Shown here: piece after piece, positions 31,426 to 41,401 of the stretch
Position numbering within the stretch: the first letter of the stretch is position 1
How the letters are laid out: each line of letters begins with the position of its first letter
From: an uncultured delta proteobacterium
GTDB lineage: Bacteria; Desulfobacterota; Binatia; UBA9968
Reading direction: 5' to 3'
Length of the DNA: 64,000 nt
Assembly: GCA_963847445.1 (NCBI GenBank)
Contig: CAWJZV010000004.1
Span: 96,001 to 160,000, forward strand
The notes under the pieces: generated by a model
What the model saw: the letters and a program-made list of their open reading frames with translations, nothing else
Told to the model about the DNA's origin: nothing
Databases searched by the model: none
Translations under genes and position numbers: made by a program

Positions 31426-32452
31426 ATGGCGCCAGCCAAGAAACGTTACAAAGTTCTCGTCCTGTTCGGCAGTGCCGGCACGCCGCCGGCCAATCAAGAT
31501 TTCACCAAGGAGTTGACAACCGAAGATTTCGCCGCCGAAGCCCATGTCATCGACGCCTTGAAGAACAGTCGGCCACGAAGTTCGCACCCTAGGCATTTGG
31601 GACGAAGCGTCGTTGATCGTCGACGAGATCAAGGCCAACGTGCCCGATGTCGTGTTCAATCTCACCGAGCATTTCAACGAGATCTCCGCCTACGACCGCA
31701 ACGTCGCCGGGCTACTCGAAATGATGGCCGTGCCCTATACCGGTTCGAGTCCGACCGGACTTACACTGTGCAAAAACAAAGGCATGGCGAAGGAGCTGCT
31801 CGCCTATCACAAAATTCGCGTGCCCAATTTTGCGATTTACTCGCCGGGCGCGACGATCAAGCGGCCGAGCCGTCTCAAGTTTCCGTTGTTTATCAAGCCC
31901 GCCGAAGACGAAGCTTCCTACGGCATCTCGCAGGACTCCTTCGTCGAAGACGATGCATCGTTCGAAGAGCGCATTCGCTTCATCCATGAGCGCATGAATC
32001 AGCCGGCGTTGGCCGAGGAATTTATCGAGGGGCGGGAGATCTATGTCAGCTTGCTCGGCAACCAGAAGCTGCGCGTCTTTCCCTTTCGCGAAGTGATTTT
32101 CAGTGAAATCCCGGAGGGCCAGCCGCGATTTTCCACTTTCAAAGCCAAGTGGGACGACGCCTACCGCAAGCGCTGGGGCATTCAGAACGTCTTCGCCGAG
32201 CCCTTCCCCAACGGCACCGACCAACGCATCGGCAACATCTGCAAAGCCGTCTATCGCGCCCTGCGCATCCGCGGCTACGGCCGCATCGACTTGCGGGTGA
32301 CGCCGGCGGGGGAAATCGTCGTCCTCGAAGCCAACCCCAATCCCAACCTCGACCGCGCCGATGAGTTCGCCCAGTCGGCGATGAAAGCCGGCGTCAGTTA
32401 CCCGCGGCTCGTGCAACGCATTATCAAACTTGCGTTGGCGTCACGACATTAG
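31426..32452 (+). CDS. D-Ala-D-Ala-ligase-like ATP-grasp enzyme (frameshift near 31568)
   Basis: PDVVFNL.E, PYTGS, NK..AK, FIKP..E.ASYGI, EEFIEGRE, YGRIDLR, LEANPNP. Confidence 0.88.
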
Positions 32453-32458
32453 TTCAGG

Positions 32459-32620
32459 TCATTGCAACCATTCGTCGACTTTCCCCGCCATCACTTCGTC
32501 GAGGATTTCCTTGCAGTCGGCAATCGCCTTATCGACGATGGGCGGCTCTTTGACATGGGGAATGCCTTGTTTTACCGCGCCATAGAGCGCTTGCACGATA
32601 GTCTTTAAGTGTTCATCCAT
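32459..32620 (-). CDS. Small hypothetical protein, 53 aa (below the ORF-track cutoff)
   Basis: MDEHLKTIVQALYGAVKQGIPHVKEPPIVDKAIADCKEILDEVMAGKVDEWLQ; helical composition, host-like codons, starts 45 bp after the di-iron gene. Confidence 0.6.
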   Translation of the reverse strand: MDEHLKTIVQALYGAVKQGIPHVKEPPIVDKAIADCKEILDEVMAGKVDEWLQ

Positions 32621-32664
32621 TTGTCGAGATTAGCTACAGCTTGTGGCATGGCTTCCTCCAATCG

Positions 32665-33381
32665 CTAGATGTAACGGCGCCCTTTGTTGGGGTCGGGAAT
32701 CTGCAAACCCATTTGCGTGAGAATCGGCCCGACCTCATTGATATAGTCCTCGCGCGCCTGCTGGTTGGTGCGGCGTTTCAAACCCCAGTGGCGATAGCGC
32801 TCGGACTTCTTGGAATCTGCCCGGCCGAACATATCGAGCGCGCGCACATACCAGAAGTCGACGGCGCGCTGGGCTTTCGCCTTGCCGGCATCACCGGACT
32901 GAATCAGCTCTAAAGTCTTATTGTAGCCGTACTCGATGTGGCCCAGTTCTTCGGTGACGATGTCGGGAAGAATCCGTTGCAGCGGCAAATAGCTGCAATC
33001 GTAAAACTCTTCCAACTGATAGCGCCCAACGCGATCGATGAGAAAGCCGAACACCGAGTTATCTTCCCAGGTGGTAATCGAACCGCGGAAGGTGTCGACG
33101 AAACGTTTTTCATTGGGCTGGCTCAAAACAAACGAAACGTCGACGCCAATATCGCCGGCGACCCGCGCGACCTTGCGATAATGATCGATCTCTTCCGCCG
33201 CGGTGCGCGCGACGATCAGCTGATCGAGCTTGGTCGGCGCCGCCGGCAACATCTTCTCGACATACAAATGCGGCCCGCCGATCTCGCAATCGGCTTGGAT
33301 GGTTAGCACATGGCCCAAGAGTTCTTTGTACTCAGGCTCCATTTTGTCGAAGTCTTTCAGTTCGATCTTGTCGGTAAACAT
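32665..33381 (-). CDS. PaaA/PaaC/BoxB-like ferritin-fold di-iron protein
   Basis: QADCE, AP...., AAEEIDH (ExxH), TW.D, DRVGRYQL, CSY.PL, EELGH (ExxH), AQRAVDFWY..ALDMFG. Confidence 0.85.
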   Translation of the reverse strand: MFTDKIELKDFDKMEPEYKELLGHVLTIQADCEIGGPHLYVEKMLPAAPTKLDQLIVARTAAEEIDHYRKVARVAGDIGVDVSFVLSQPNEKRFVDTFRGSITTWEDNSVFGFLIDRVGRYQLEEFYDCSYLPLQRILPDIVTEELGHIEYGYNKTLELIQSGDAGKAKAQRAVDFWYVRALDMFGRADSKKSERYRHWGLKRRTNQQAREDYINEVGPILTQMGLQIPDPNKGRRYI

Positions 33382-33444
33382 TTTTCCCCTCCCGCGAATT
33401 TCAAAATCCAATTCCAGACTCATCAGAACGTCGAGAGGAGATTC

Positions 33445-33460
33445 AGCAAGAGGAGTGCCA
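33445..33460 (-). promoter_or_regulatory. Sigma-54 (-24/-12) promoter of the di-iron gene
   Basis: Minus strand TGGCAC-TCCTC-TTGCT, an exact consensus, about 65 bp upstream of the ATG. Confidence 0.8.
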
Positions 33461-33621
33461 GCGCTGAAGCTGGTTTTTCAGGGGGAAGATCGCCCAAATG
33501 TGCCAATTTCATTCTCAATTTTCGGAGAAATGAGGTTTCGCTTTCGCACAATTCAGAAATTCCGCTCGGGTTGGCAGCAGGGATGCGGGAACAAATAATC
33601 ATGCCGGCTGGCATTCAGGCC

Positions 33622-33660
33622 GAAAAAAAGGGCGGCCGTTGCTCACGGCCGCCCTTTTTC
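33622..33660. terminator. Intrinsic terminator after ubiD-like gene (bidirectional form)
   Basis: aaaaaaagggcggccgt tgctc acggccgccctttttc. Confidence 0.88.
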
Positions 33661-33681
33661 CATTGCACTTGAAGATTCGAC

Positions 33682-35172
33682 TTATCCTTCGATAAGCTTC
33701 TTGTACTTGTTGTAGATCTTCTCGCGCAGTTCGGGTGACGACTCGGCCACCGGCGGGAAGTCTTTGAGCCACTCGAAGGGACGGCAGGCATCGATCACGG
33801 CGCGGGAGTTGAAGCCCTTCTTCGACGGATGGATGCGCGGATCGAGGGGGCCGCTCCAGCAGCGGCGCAGGATCTCGATGGACTCCACCGGATCGGACCG
33901 ACTGGCCAAGGCCCAGAGCACGTCGAAGGTGTTGGTCGGATCGATATCCTCATCGACGACGATGACGTAGCGGCCGAGATACGCGCCGGCATGAACCTGC
34001 GAAGCGACCAACATGGCTTGACGGGCATGACCGGGATAGCGCTGTTTGATCGAAATGATGTTCAACAAGCGGCCGCCGCCAGCCTCGTGACACCACACGC
34101 CGCGCACATCGGGGACGCCGGCTTTTTCCACCTGTTCCCAGATCAACGACGCCTTCACCATGCACTTGGCGATGGAATAATCCGACGGCGGACGGCCGGG
34201 CCGGGCGCAGCACAGGATCGGGTCGTTGCGATAATAAATATTTTCAACTCGAATGACCGGCTCCGGGCGGCTGGAGCTGGCATAGTAACCGGTCCATTCG
34301 CCGAACGGACCTTCGGTCTTGCGGTCGGTGGGGTCCATCCAACCTTCGATGACGATTTCCGCGTTGGCGGCAAACGGCAATCCGGTGGAACGGCCTTCAA
34401 TGACTTCGATGGGCGCGCCTTTGAGGCCGCCGGCGTAATCGAACTCGCCAACGCCGTAATCGATTTCGTTACCAGAGACCATGAACAACACCGGATCTTG
34501 GCCGACGGAGACAACGACCGGGCAGGGCTTGCCGCGCTCGAAATATTTGTTGCGTTGAATGCTGCCATGCTTGCCGGGCGAGATGTACAAGCCCATGCTG
34601 TTCTTGTCATGGACCATGCCTCGGTATGCGCCGAAGTTGACCCAACCTTCGTCGGGGTCGCGGGTCGTGACCAAACAAGCGGTACCGATGAAACGGCCGC
34701 CGTCGAGCTCATGCATGAACGGCACGGGAAACTTGAGCAGGTCGACCTTGTCGCCGGAATCGACGTTTTCTAGAATCGGCCCTTTGGTGACGACCTTATG
34801 TTTGATCGGTTCGAGATTGACTAATTTCTGGCGGAAGGCGCGCACCAAATCCAAATTGGACAAGCTCATGTCCAAGCCCAAGTTGAGCGCCATTCTCTTG
34901 AATGATGCATTCTGGGCAAACAGGGTGCGGAAACCTTTGGGGTAGCCGGGAACGTTATCGAAAAGCACCGCCGGCGTGGGACCGTCCTTGGACTCGTGAG
35001 CAAAGATCTCGGCGAGCGTGCCCATTTCGAGATTCCAATCGACGCCGTCGACTTTTTTCAGTTCGCCCATGCTGTCGACGATTTCCAACCAATCGCGCAG
35101 ATCGTTGTACTTTGGGGTCTTCCCTGCCTTCATATCGTCTTCGGCTAATTTTCTAGCCTCTAGTGCTGTCAT
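33682..35172 (-). CDS. UbiD family (prFMN-dependent) decarboxylase
   Basis: DLRDWL...GEL, DGGRFIGT, NFGAYR, AEIVIEG, EGPFGEWTGYY, VVDEDIDP, VLWALASR.DP, IDACRP. Confidence 0.94.
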   Translation of the reverse strand: MTALEARKLAEDDMKAGKTPKYNDLRDWLEIVDSMGELKKVDGVDWNLEMGTLAEIFAHESKDGPTPAVLFDNVPGYPKGFRTLFAQNASFKRMALNLGLDMSLSNLDLVRAFRQKLVNLEPIKHKVVTKGPILENVDSGDKVDLLKFPVPFMHELDGGRFIGTACLVTTRDPDEGWVNFGAYRGMVHDKNSMGLYISPGKHGSIQRNKYFERGKPCPVVVSVGQDPVLFMVSGNEIDYGVGEFDYAGGLKGAPIEVIEGRSTGLPFAANAEIVIEGWMDPTDRKTEGPFGEWTGYYASSSRPEPVIRVENIYYRNDPILCCARPGRPPSDYSIAKCMVKASLIWEQVEKAGVPDVRGVWCHEAGGGRLLNIISIKQRYPGHARQAMLVASQVHAGAYLGRYVIVVDEDIDPTNTFDVLWALASRSDPVESIEILRRCWSGPLDPRIHPSKKGFNSRAVIDACRPFEWLKDFPPVAESSPELREKIYNKYKKLIEG

Positions 35173-35213
35173 TTAATTATCTCTCCTTTCAAATTCCGTG
35201 TTTGCGGGGCATT

Positions 35214-36362
35214 CTAGTCCCCCAACATCGATTCATCAACACCCTCTCTATCATCGGCCGGCAAACCGTTGCAGCTGGCCGGATCGAGATGGAGGTAAAC
35301 AGTGTCGCCAACGTTCACGGCGTTAAAAGGATGGGTATGCACCGCCACTAAATCATCGCCGACAGCGACCTTGCACTGATAAGAATCGCCCATGAAGATC
35401 GCCTCTCTGATGATACCGTCAACGACGTTCTCCAATCCCTGCGGCTTATCCTTATACAGCGGGATATTTTCCGGGCGGATCGAGATCACCGCGGCTTGGT
35501 CCTTCTTCAGTCCGGGCGCGGGAATGAAACTTAAAATACCCTTCTTGGTCTGCATCTTGCCCGGCCGGGAGTCGCCGTCGACTTCCAGCACCTTGCCATT
35601 GATCAAGTTAGTCAGGCCCAGAAACGTCGCGGTAAAGCGCCGCTTGGGCCTGGTATAGAGCTGATGCGGAGCTCCCACTTCGATCAGCACGCCGCCATGC
35701 ATGACGGCGATCTGGTCCGAGATCGCCAGCGCTTCGGCTTGATCGTGGGTGACAAAAATCGTCGTGATGTTGGTGCGGCGCTGTAGCGCTTTGATCTCGG
35801 AACGCATCTGCACACGCAACTTGGCGTCCAGGTTACTCAAGGGCTCGTCCAGGAGCATGACCTTGGGCTCGTTGATCAGGGCGCGGGCGAAGGCGACACG
35901 CTGTTGCTGACCGCCGGAGAGCTTCGGCGCCGGGCGATCTTCCAAGCCATCCAGGCCGACGATCTTCAAAACTTCACCCACCCGCTTTTTGATCTCGTCC
36001 TTAGATTTACGTTGAATGGTCAACGGATAAGCGACATTTTCTGCCACGGTCATATGCGGCCAGATGGCGTATGACTGGAACACCATGCCGATGGGCCGCT
36101 TGTTGGTCGGCACGTAGACGCGCTCGCCGGAGGCGTAGACGGTCTGGCCGCCGATGCTGATCTTGCCGCCGTCCGGCCTCTCCAGACCTGCGACACAGCG
36201 CAAGGTCGTGGTCTTGCCGCAGCCGCTGGGGCCCAGGAAGGTATAGAGTGATCCTTCCGGTATATTGAGCGACACGCCTTTGAGGACATGCACCCGCTCT
36301 TTATCTTCGCCGAAGTACTTCTCCAGCGATTCGATCTGCACCATGTCTCTTGCTTCAGCCAT
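35214..36362 (-). CDS. ABC ATP-binding protein, FbpC/PotA-like with TOBE domain
   Basis: [47 protein letters not shown]. Confidence 0.93.
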   Translation of the reverse strand: MAEARDMVQIESLEKYFGEDKERVHVLKGVSLNIPEGSLYTFLGPSGCGKTTTLRCVAGLERPDGGKISIGGQTVYASGERVYVPTNKRPIGMVFQSYAIWPHMTVAENVAYPLTIQRKSKDEIKKRVGEVLKIVGLDGLEDRPAPKLSGGQQQRVAFARALINEPKVMLLDEPLSNLDAKLRVQMRSEIKALQRRTNITTIFVTHDQAEALAISDQIAVMHGGVLIEVGAPHQLYTRPKRRFTATFLGLTNLINGKVLEVDGDSRPGKMQTKKGILSFIPAPGLKKDQAAVISIRPENIPLYKDKPQGLENVVDGIIREAIFMGDSYQCKVAVGDDLVAVHTHPFNAVNVGDTVYLHLDPASCNGLPADDREGVDESMLGD

Positions 36363-36429
36363 ATGATTATTCTCCCTTGGTTCCCGCAGCCGCAGGTGCC
36401 GGGAACTGTCAGTGCATTAAGTCGGCAAA

Positions 36430-38125
36430 TTATTCGGCGATACCCACCTTAGCGCCCAATTTTCGCGCCACCATGGCCATGGAAACCAGCAATAAGACCA
36501 TTAACACACCCAGCGCGCAGACGTAGGTATACTGGCCGCCTTCCCATAAATCGAACGCCATGATCGACAACACCGTGCTGTTATAGGAATAGAGCAAGAT
36601 CGAGGTCGACAACTCGCGCAGGGCGATGATGCTGATGTAAATCCAGCCGGCGGTGAAGCCCGGCATCAGCAGCGGCAAAATGATTTTGCGAAAGGTTTGA
36701 AACCAAGTGCCGCCGGCGGTAAAGGACGCTTCCTCAAGTTCCTTGTTGATCTGGATCATCGACGCCGATGCGGCGCGAATGCCATAGGGAATATACTTGG
36801 TCATGTAGGCCAGGAGCAAAACCCAAATCGTGCCATAGATTGGGATCGGTAAGGTAAGATAGACCCAGATCAGACTAACGCCAAGCACGATTCCGGGCAT
36901 GGCGATCGGGATGAAGCGTCATGGTGTCGAGAAACGCCCGGCCCGGCAACTTAGTCTTGACGGTAATCCAAGCGATCACCGAGGTGAGCAACATCACCAA
37001 CGTGGCGGTTCCGACAGAGAGATAAAAGCTATTTTTAAAGGCCGTCGCCGCCAACGGATAGTTGAGAATATACTGATAATTGCCCCAGGTCATTTTCCCC
37101 GCCAGCTCCCAGGACGGCACGCCGTAATAAGGAATAAACGACGACCAGAGCAGGACGAAGATTGGCAGGATCACCGCCAGAAAGAAAACCAGAAACGAGA
37201 TGCCGAGGGTGAGCCACTTCCAATGACCGAGATCGATCACCCGCGGCCGGTAGCCTTTGCCGGTTACCGTCGCATAGCGCTCTTCCCTGCGGGTGATCTT
37301 GCCATAGATCAATACCCCGATGGTGCTGATCGCCAACAACGTCACCGCGTAGGCGCCGGCCAGGCCGAAGTCCGAGGGAAACTGGTGGATGGCGAGAAAA
37401 ATTTTGGTGGTAAAAACCGAAATCTTCGCCGGCACGCCGATCAACGCCGGCACTTCAAAGGCCTCGATGCCGCGTATGAAGTTGATCAAGAGCACGCTCA
37501 CCATCGCCGGCCGCATGAGCGGCAGCGTCACCGTGCGAAAGGTTTGAAAGGTGCTCGACCCGGCGGTCAACGCCGCCTCTTCCAGCGAGGTGTCCATGTT
37601 GCGGAACGCCGCCGACATCAAGAGAAAAACCAGCGGGTAGAGATGAATCGACTCGGCCCAGATCATCCCCCACATCGAATAGACGTTGAACGGCGCCGCC
37701 TCCAGCCCCAACGCCTCCTTGATGACGATGTTGATCAGGCCGATCTTCGGACTCAATAACAGGATCCACGAAATCGTGCTCAAGATCCCGGGGATGATAA
37801 AGGGGATCAAAGACATGACCATGAAGAGTTTTTTGAACGGTGTATTGGTGCGCTCGCTCACCCAAGCGAGAAAGGTACCGATCAAGAACGTCAGCGTGCA
37901 GGTGCCAATGGCGTAATAAACGGAGTTGAGCAACAGGAGATAGAATTCCTTGTCGACATAGGCCTTGACGTAATTGGCGATAGTGAAATGAGCGCCGGGC
38001 TCGCCGATGGGAGCGCTTCTGATGCTGCCGTAAAGCAACATCAGAAGCGGAATCCCGGCAAGATATAAGACGAAAAGGGTACAGCCTACGAGGATGAGAG
38101 ACTGGGAATTAAAACGATTCCCCAT
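36430..38125 (-). CDS. ABC permease, FbpB-like (frameshift near 36918)
   Basis: Two BPD_transp repeats with LEEAA/LEEAS EAA motifs, ERTN.P, VTGKGYRP. Confidence 0.9.
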
Positions 38126-38160
38126 ATGGAAGCCGATCTAGAACTCGAGACCATTAGTCA

Positions 38161-38976
38161 TTAATTATTGATGTTTGTAACGACCTGATCGGCGAGCATG
38201 GTCTTTTTGACTTCTTCTTCGATCAGAGTCCATAGCTCGTCTTCATACTTTAGGAACTGCGGATCGCGCTTGATCGACAAATCGCGCGGCCGCGGCAGAT
38301 TAATCGGGATCATTTTCTTGACCCGTCCAGGGCGCGAGCCGAAAACGATCACCCGATCCGCGAGAAAGATCGCCTCATTGATCTGATGGGTAATGAAGAG
38401 CACGGTCTTGCCGGACTCTCTCCAGATGCGCAGGAGCTCAGCCTGCATGATTTCGCGGGTCTGCGCGTCCAGGGCGGCAAAGGGCTCGTCCATGATGAGG
38501 ATCTTCGGGTCGACTGTGAGCGCCCGCGCGAGATTGCAGCGTTGCTGCATACCGCCGGACAGTTCGTGAGGATAGTGTTCCTCAAACCCCTGCAACCCGA
38601 CCAGCTTGATAAAGCCCATGGCTCGCTCGATTCCCTCCGCATTATCCAAGCCCTGGCACTCAAGGCCGAAAATGACGTTCTTCAACACCGTACGCCACGG
38701 CATCAAGCAAGAGTCTTGGAACACCATGCCGCGGTCGATGCCGGGGCCAGTCACCATTTTGCCGTCGATCGTAATATGCCCTGCCGTCGGCTTGAGCAGC
38801 CCATCGCACAGATTGATGAAGGTGGTTTTACCGCAACCGCTGGGTCCAACGATGGTAACGAATTCACCGTCGTTGACTTCGAGGTTGATCTGGTCCAAGG
38901 CCAAGAGCCTGCCACCAGTTCTCGGCTGATAATACTCATGTCGTAGTCCGACTGCCTGTAGTTTTGTCTGTGCCAC
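38161..38976 (-). CDS. ABC ATP-binding protein, TauB/SsuB-like
   Basis: [42 protein letters not shown]. Confidence 0.93.
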   Translation of the reverse strand: MAQTKLQAVGLRHEYYQPRTGGRLLALDQINLEVNDGEFVTIVGPSGCGKTTFINLCDGLLKPTAGHITIDGKMVTGPGIDRGMVFQDSCLMPWRTVLKNVIFGLECQGLDNAEGIERAMGFIKLVGLQGFEEHYPHELSGGMQQRCNLARALTVDPKILIMDEPFAALDAQTREIMQAELLRIWRESGKTVLFITHQINEAIFLADRVIVFGSRPGRVKKMIPINLPRPRDLSIKRDPQFLKYEDELWTLIEEEVKKTMLADQVVTNINN

Positions 38977-39109
38977 AATGCCTCCTAAAATAAATTGGCG
39001 TTTTGCCGCAGTTTTACTGGTTGAAAGTCACCCGCAAGCGGGTTCGCCGCTTGGGTCGCATGACTCATTATCATTTTCCACCGTTTATTCAAGCAAAAAG
39101 ATCGCTTCG

Positions 39110-39165
39110 TTGACAAGCCAAAGCGGATCGGATAATTTTCGCTCCTGCATAAACTAATTTATGCA
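39110..39165 (+). promoter_or_regulatory. gntR promoter with palindromic operator
   Basis: TTGACA (39110) -N17- TAATTT; perfect inverted repeat TGCATAAA-ctaa-TTTATGCA (39146-39165). Confidence 0.7.
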
Positions 39166-39176
39166 AAATTTTTCCG

Positions 39177-39896
39177 ATGACTTTTCCACTCAAAAAATCT
39201 AAAACCAGAGCGCCCGCCGTCGAAAACCTCTCAGCCCGCGTTTACCACCAAGTTAAACAATTGATCCTGTGCAATGAAATCATGCCCGGACAGAAGCTGC
39301 ATCATCAACAACTCAGCGAACGTCTCGGCGTCAGTCGCACTCCGGTGCGCGAAGCACTAACCCGACTCGGGCAGGAAGGATACGTTTCCTTTCTGCCGAA
39401 CCGGGGTTTTACCTGCAAAGAAATTAGAATACAAGAGGCGGAAGAGCTCTACGATCTGCGCGAATCCCTCGAGGCGTTCGCCGTCGAAAAGGCCGTCGAG
39501 AAACTAACCGACTCCGCGCTCGAAGAGTTGCGCCAACGGCTAGAATTCTACGGCCACGACGTGCAAAACCGCTTCACCCGGGAGCGGCTGGTGTACGACC
39601 AGGACGTCCATCTCCATATTGCCCAAATCGCCGGCAACGAGACCCTGAAAAACACCTTGAGCCATGTCTTCGAGCGCATCGTCCTCAAGCGCCGCACCGA
39701 CGGCATTTACGACCCGGCGCGCGGACTCACCGCCCATCAAGAACATACCGAGCTACTCGAAGCGATGGCGCGGCGCGACGCCGCCGCCGCCATCGCCATC
39801 GTGCGTAACCATATCCAAGCCGGCAAAAAAAATGTCATTGCCGACCTGCGGCAGCGCCAAGCGATCCGCGAGCTGCGGCCCGCGGAATTAATCTAG
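39177..39896 (+). CDS. GntR family regulator (FCD/FadR type)
   Basis: LSERLGVSRTPVREAL..L..EG, LYDLRESLE, D...H..I...AGN, EH..LLEA...RD. Confidence 0.94.
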   Translation: MTFPLKKSKTRAPAVENLSARVYHQVKQLILCNEIMPGQKLHHQQLSERLGVSRTPVREALTRLGQEGYVSFLPNRGFTCKEIRIQEAEELYDLRESLEAFAVEKAVEKLTDSALEELRQRLEFYGHDVQNRFTRERLVYDQDVHLHIAQIAGNETLKNTLSHVFERIVLKRRTDGIYDPARGLTAHQEHTELLEAMARRDAAAAIAIVRNHIQAGKKNVIADLRQRQAIRELRPAELI

Positions 39897-39928
39897 GACC
39901 GGAAAACCAACAGAAGAAAGGGAGAATT

Positions 39929-41299
39929 ATGGCAGCAGATCTAGTCATCAAAGGCGGTTGGGTGGTGACACCCGACGCAACATTTAAAGGCGGCGTGGCG
40001 ATCAGCAACCAAGTGATCGTCGCCATCGGCGACGATGCCTCACTGCCCGAAGGCAAAGAGGTCATCGACGTCAAAGGCAAACATATCTTGCCCGGCCTAT
40101 TCGACGGCCATGTCCATTTCCGCGAACCGGGCATGACTCACAAAGAGGATTTCAACACCGGCTCCACCGCGGCGGTCTGCGGCGGCATCACCACCGTCGT
40201 CGATATGCCGAACACCGTGCCGCCCACTGCCGACGCCGAACAAGTCAAAATCAAGAAGGAACTGGGCGAAGCCAAATCGCTAGTCGACTTCGGCATCACC
40301 GGCGTCGTCGTCCAGACCAACACCAAAGACATTCTGCCCATGGCCGCCGCCGGCGTCATCGGTTACAAGATCTTCTTCGGCGAGACCATCGGCAACCTGC
40401 CCTTCCCCGATGACGGCATGTGCGTCGAAGCGTTCGATTACATCGCCCAGTCGAAGTTGCCCTTGGGCATCCACGCCGAGAACCGCCAGATCATGGCCTA
40501 TAACACCAACAAGCTGAAGACCGAAGGCAAGAACGAAGCGCGCTACTGGGAAGCCTCCCGGCCGGATATCTGCGAAGCGGAATCCGTGCATCACGCGATC
40601 TTCTTCGCCGAGACCTTTGGCACCAAGCTGCATGTTTTTCATATGAGCTCGAAGCAAGCGGCTTACATGGTGCGCGACGCCAAGGCGCGCGGCATGAGAA
40701 TCACCGCGGAAACCGGCCCGCATTACTTGCTGCGCGAGCCCAATGACATGGACAATGTCGGTTCGTTGTTGAAGATGAATCCGCCGGTCCGGACTAAAGA
40801 TCACGCCGAAGTGCTCTGGCAGGGACTGCGCGAAGGCTTCGTCGACACTCTGGCCACCGACCACTCGCCGCATACTTTGGAGGAGAAGGGCTCGGACATC
40901 TACGGCAAACTCACCAAGCCGGCGATCTGGGACTGCATCTCGGGCTTCTGCGGCGTCGAGACCGGCGTGCCGCTGATCTTGACCGAAGTAAACAAAGGCC
41001 GCTTGACCTTGAATCAGTATGTCAAAGTGGCCTCTGAGAACCCCGCCAAAGTTTGGCAGGTCTATCCGAAGAAAGGCGCCATCCGCTTGGGCTCCGACGG
41101 CGACATCACCGTCGTCGACATGGACAAGGAAGGCACCATCGACGTCAACAAGCTGCATAGCAAGAACAAACCTTCGCCTTGGCATGGCTGGAAAGTCAAA
41201 GGCATGCCGGTGCTCACGGTCGTGCGCGGCCACGTGCAAATGAGAGACGGCGAGCCTTGCGGCAAAGCGATCGGCAAAGCACTCAAGCCGATCATCTGA
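39929..41299 (+). CDS. Cyclic amidohydrolase (allantoinase/dihydroorotase family)
   Basis: D.HVHFREPG, GGITTV.DMPNT.P, GYKIF, IHAE, H.FHMS, ET.PHYL, KMNPPVR, TDHSPH. Confidence 0.92.
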   Translation: MAADLVIKGGWVVTPDATFKGGVAISNQVIVAIGDDASLPEGKEVIDVKGKHILPGLFDGHVHFREPGMTHKEDFNTGSTAAVCGGITTVVDMPNTVPPTADAEQVKIKKELGEAKSLVDFGITGVVVQTNTKDILPMAAAGVIGYKIFFGETIGNLPFPDDGMCVEAFDYIAQSKLPLGIHAENRQIMAYNTNKLKTEGKNEARYWEASRPDICEAESVHHAIFFAETFGTKLHVFHMSSKQAAYMVRDAKARGMRITAETGPHYLLREPNDMDNVGSLLKMNPPVRTKDHAEVLWQGLREGFVDTLATDHSPHTLEEKGSDIYGKLTKPAIWDCISGFCGVETGVPLILTEVNKGRLTLNQYVKVASENPAKVWQVYPKKGAIRLGSDGDITVVDMDKEGTIDVNKLHSKNKPSPWHGWKVKGMPVLTVVRGHVQMRDGEPCGKAIGKALKPII

Positions 41300-41304
41300 A
41301 AACT

Positions 41305-41379
41305 GATAGAGACATGGAGACAGAGATAGAGACCGGACCTCAGTTAGGGGGGCGGTCTCTGTCTCACGTCTCTGTCTCA
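41305..41379. repeat. Palindromic GAGACA/TGTCTC tandem element
   Basis: agagacatggagacagagatagagacc ... ggtctctgtctcacgtctctgtctc. Confidence 0.8.
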
Positions 41380-41401
41380 ATTCTGTTGAGGATTCAAATC
41401 C

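Noticed and set aside
31426-32452. Housekeeping ddl
   Set aside because: It lacks the N-terminal Ddl motifs and the cell-wall gene context.
33490-33506. Second sigma-54 site (TGGCAC-ATTTG-GGCG)
   Set aside because: The -12 element is off-consensus and misplaced by one base; the 33445-33460 site is exact.
39929-41299. Biosynthetic pyrC, or a firm allB call
   Set aside because: The family motifs do not determine the substrate, the context is catabolic, and pyrB is absent, so no symbol was assigned.
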